Below, piece by piece: positions 62,901-64,000 of a stretch of 64,000 nt of DNA. The stretch spans positions 194,618,001-194,682,000 of the forward strand of contig OZ024743.1 of NCBI GenBank assembly GCA_964016885.1. Reading direction: 5' to 3'. The stretch's first letter is position 1; each line of letters opens with the position of its first letter. The notes beneath the pieces were generated by a model. That model did not search any database. It was not told the DNA's origin and saw only the letters and a list, made by a program, of their open reading frames with translations. The position numbers were made by a program, and so were the translations under genes. This stretch comes from Eledone cirrhosa. Its lineage: Eukaryota.

Positions 62901-64000
62901 CCTATCTATTTCCCTACAAAATACTCTATCTAGATATGATCTGGATAACCCTATGCGATTTGTCCAAGTCCACATTGGCACATTCGGGAAATCCAATCGG
63001 TATCTGTCAGACAGTTCAAAACGCCTGAGCAGGTTGGTGAGACTCTTGCACCCTCCTCACCTATCCGCTAATCCCATACAGTCCCAGCGTGCATCTAAAA
63101 TCCCTTTCCAGTCGCCCACTAACACTAAAGAGCGGGACGTTCCAAGAAATGTCTCCAGACGCCGGAAGAAATCGGGCTGCCCTCCTCCTGTCGGGGCATA
63201 GCCGGCCACTAACCTGAAAGCTTGCCCGTCTCCGCTGGTCACGTCCAGCACCACCAACTTACCTTCTGGGTCTAGGAAGATGACCCGTATGGCGAGATCC
63301 AAACCTCTCCGAAAAAGCACAGCAACTACTCCCCCCGATCCCGGACGGCTAGGAGATGCGTACACATCGTAGCCGCCGAAGATCGGTGCGAAAGCCCGTG
63401 CTTCGGAGATCCTGGTCTCGCTGATGGCCACTACATCTATGTTTAGTGACCTGAGGTCGTTGAGCAGGTGGCCCTGCTTCCATGACGACCTCAAGCCATG
63501 CGCATTTAAGCTGCCTATTCTGAGTGAGGTCATGTTGAAATGGAGTGGAAAGATGAGAAAGACCACTTACCTTACTTCTCGTAGAGGAAGGATGGTTTCT
63601 CCATCCTTTTCACTGCTTGTGGCCTCCTCCGGAAGGATGTCCTTATAAACCTTCTGGAGAGTGCTTGTCGGAAGTCTCCGATGTCTTTGGGGAATTTTTG
63701 TTTTAGTGTCATGTACGTTTTCTGTGTGATGCGAGTGATTTGTATGTGTGGAGGTGTGTTAATTTTTGGGTTGTTGTGTAGTCTTTTTCTGTGATGCTGG
63801 TGTTGTGTTGGATGTAGTGTAATACTTGGTTGTTGTTCAAATTTAATGCTGTGTAGTGTGTATCGTTTTGGTTGTTTTGTTTTGTTTGCGTTTGTTGTGG
63901 GTTTGTTTCTGTTTCGCATTTTGGTGACTTTTGTGGTTTAGGTGATGGTGGTGTTGGGGTTACTGATGGTGATGGTGTTGGTGTTTGGGGTGATGGGGTT
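59912..64000 (-). mobile_element. Tx1-clade element with ORF1 type 2, decayed (copy T6; runs off window end)
   Basis: 3' end AATAAAGAAATC at 59912; fragmented ORF2 from ATG 63533; ORF1 C-terminus matches T4. Confidence 0.92.

Overview
Eukaryotic, repeat-dominated window, probably animal. The SINE type and microsatellite load suggest a cephalopod such as Octopus (inference). No intact host gene is recognisable. Most of the window is non-LTR retrotransposons of two unrelated classes: (i) L1/Tx1-clade elements (ORF1 with CCHC knuckle; ORF2 APE-RT-zinc finger; 7 copies or fragments) and (ii) R4/Dong-type elements (single ORF: Myb-like N-terminus, RT, CCHC, PD-(D/E)xK nuclease; 5 copies in two families, A and B). 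Both classes sit in (AAT)n microsatellites with strictly opposite polarity. Eight of them form a ~30 kb array (16.3-46.4 kb) nested in the tail of an old RTE element and bracketed by a diverged 64-bp direct duplication. Other signals: two ORF1 types on the same Tx1 ORF2, a splice-donor-like ORF1 stop, a 5' leader and a covarying 3' hairpin shared by the two Dong families, pseudoknot candidates before the Dong ORFs, a snap-back repair junction, a Tx1 relative in (TATC)n, Penelope remnants with hammerhead-like cores in (TA)n, and tRNA-type SINEs. All alignments and pairings were done by eye; family names rest on motif recognition, not database searches.
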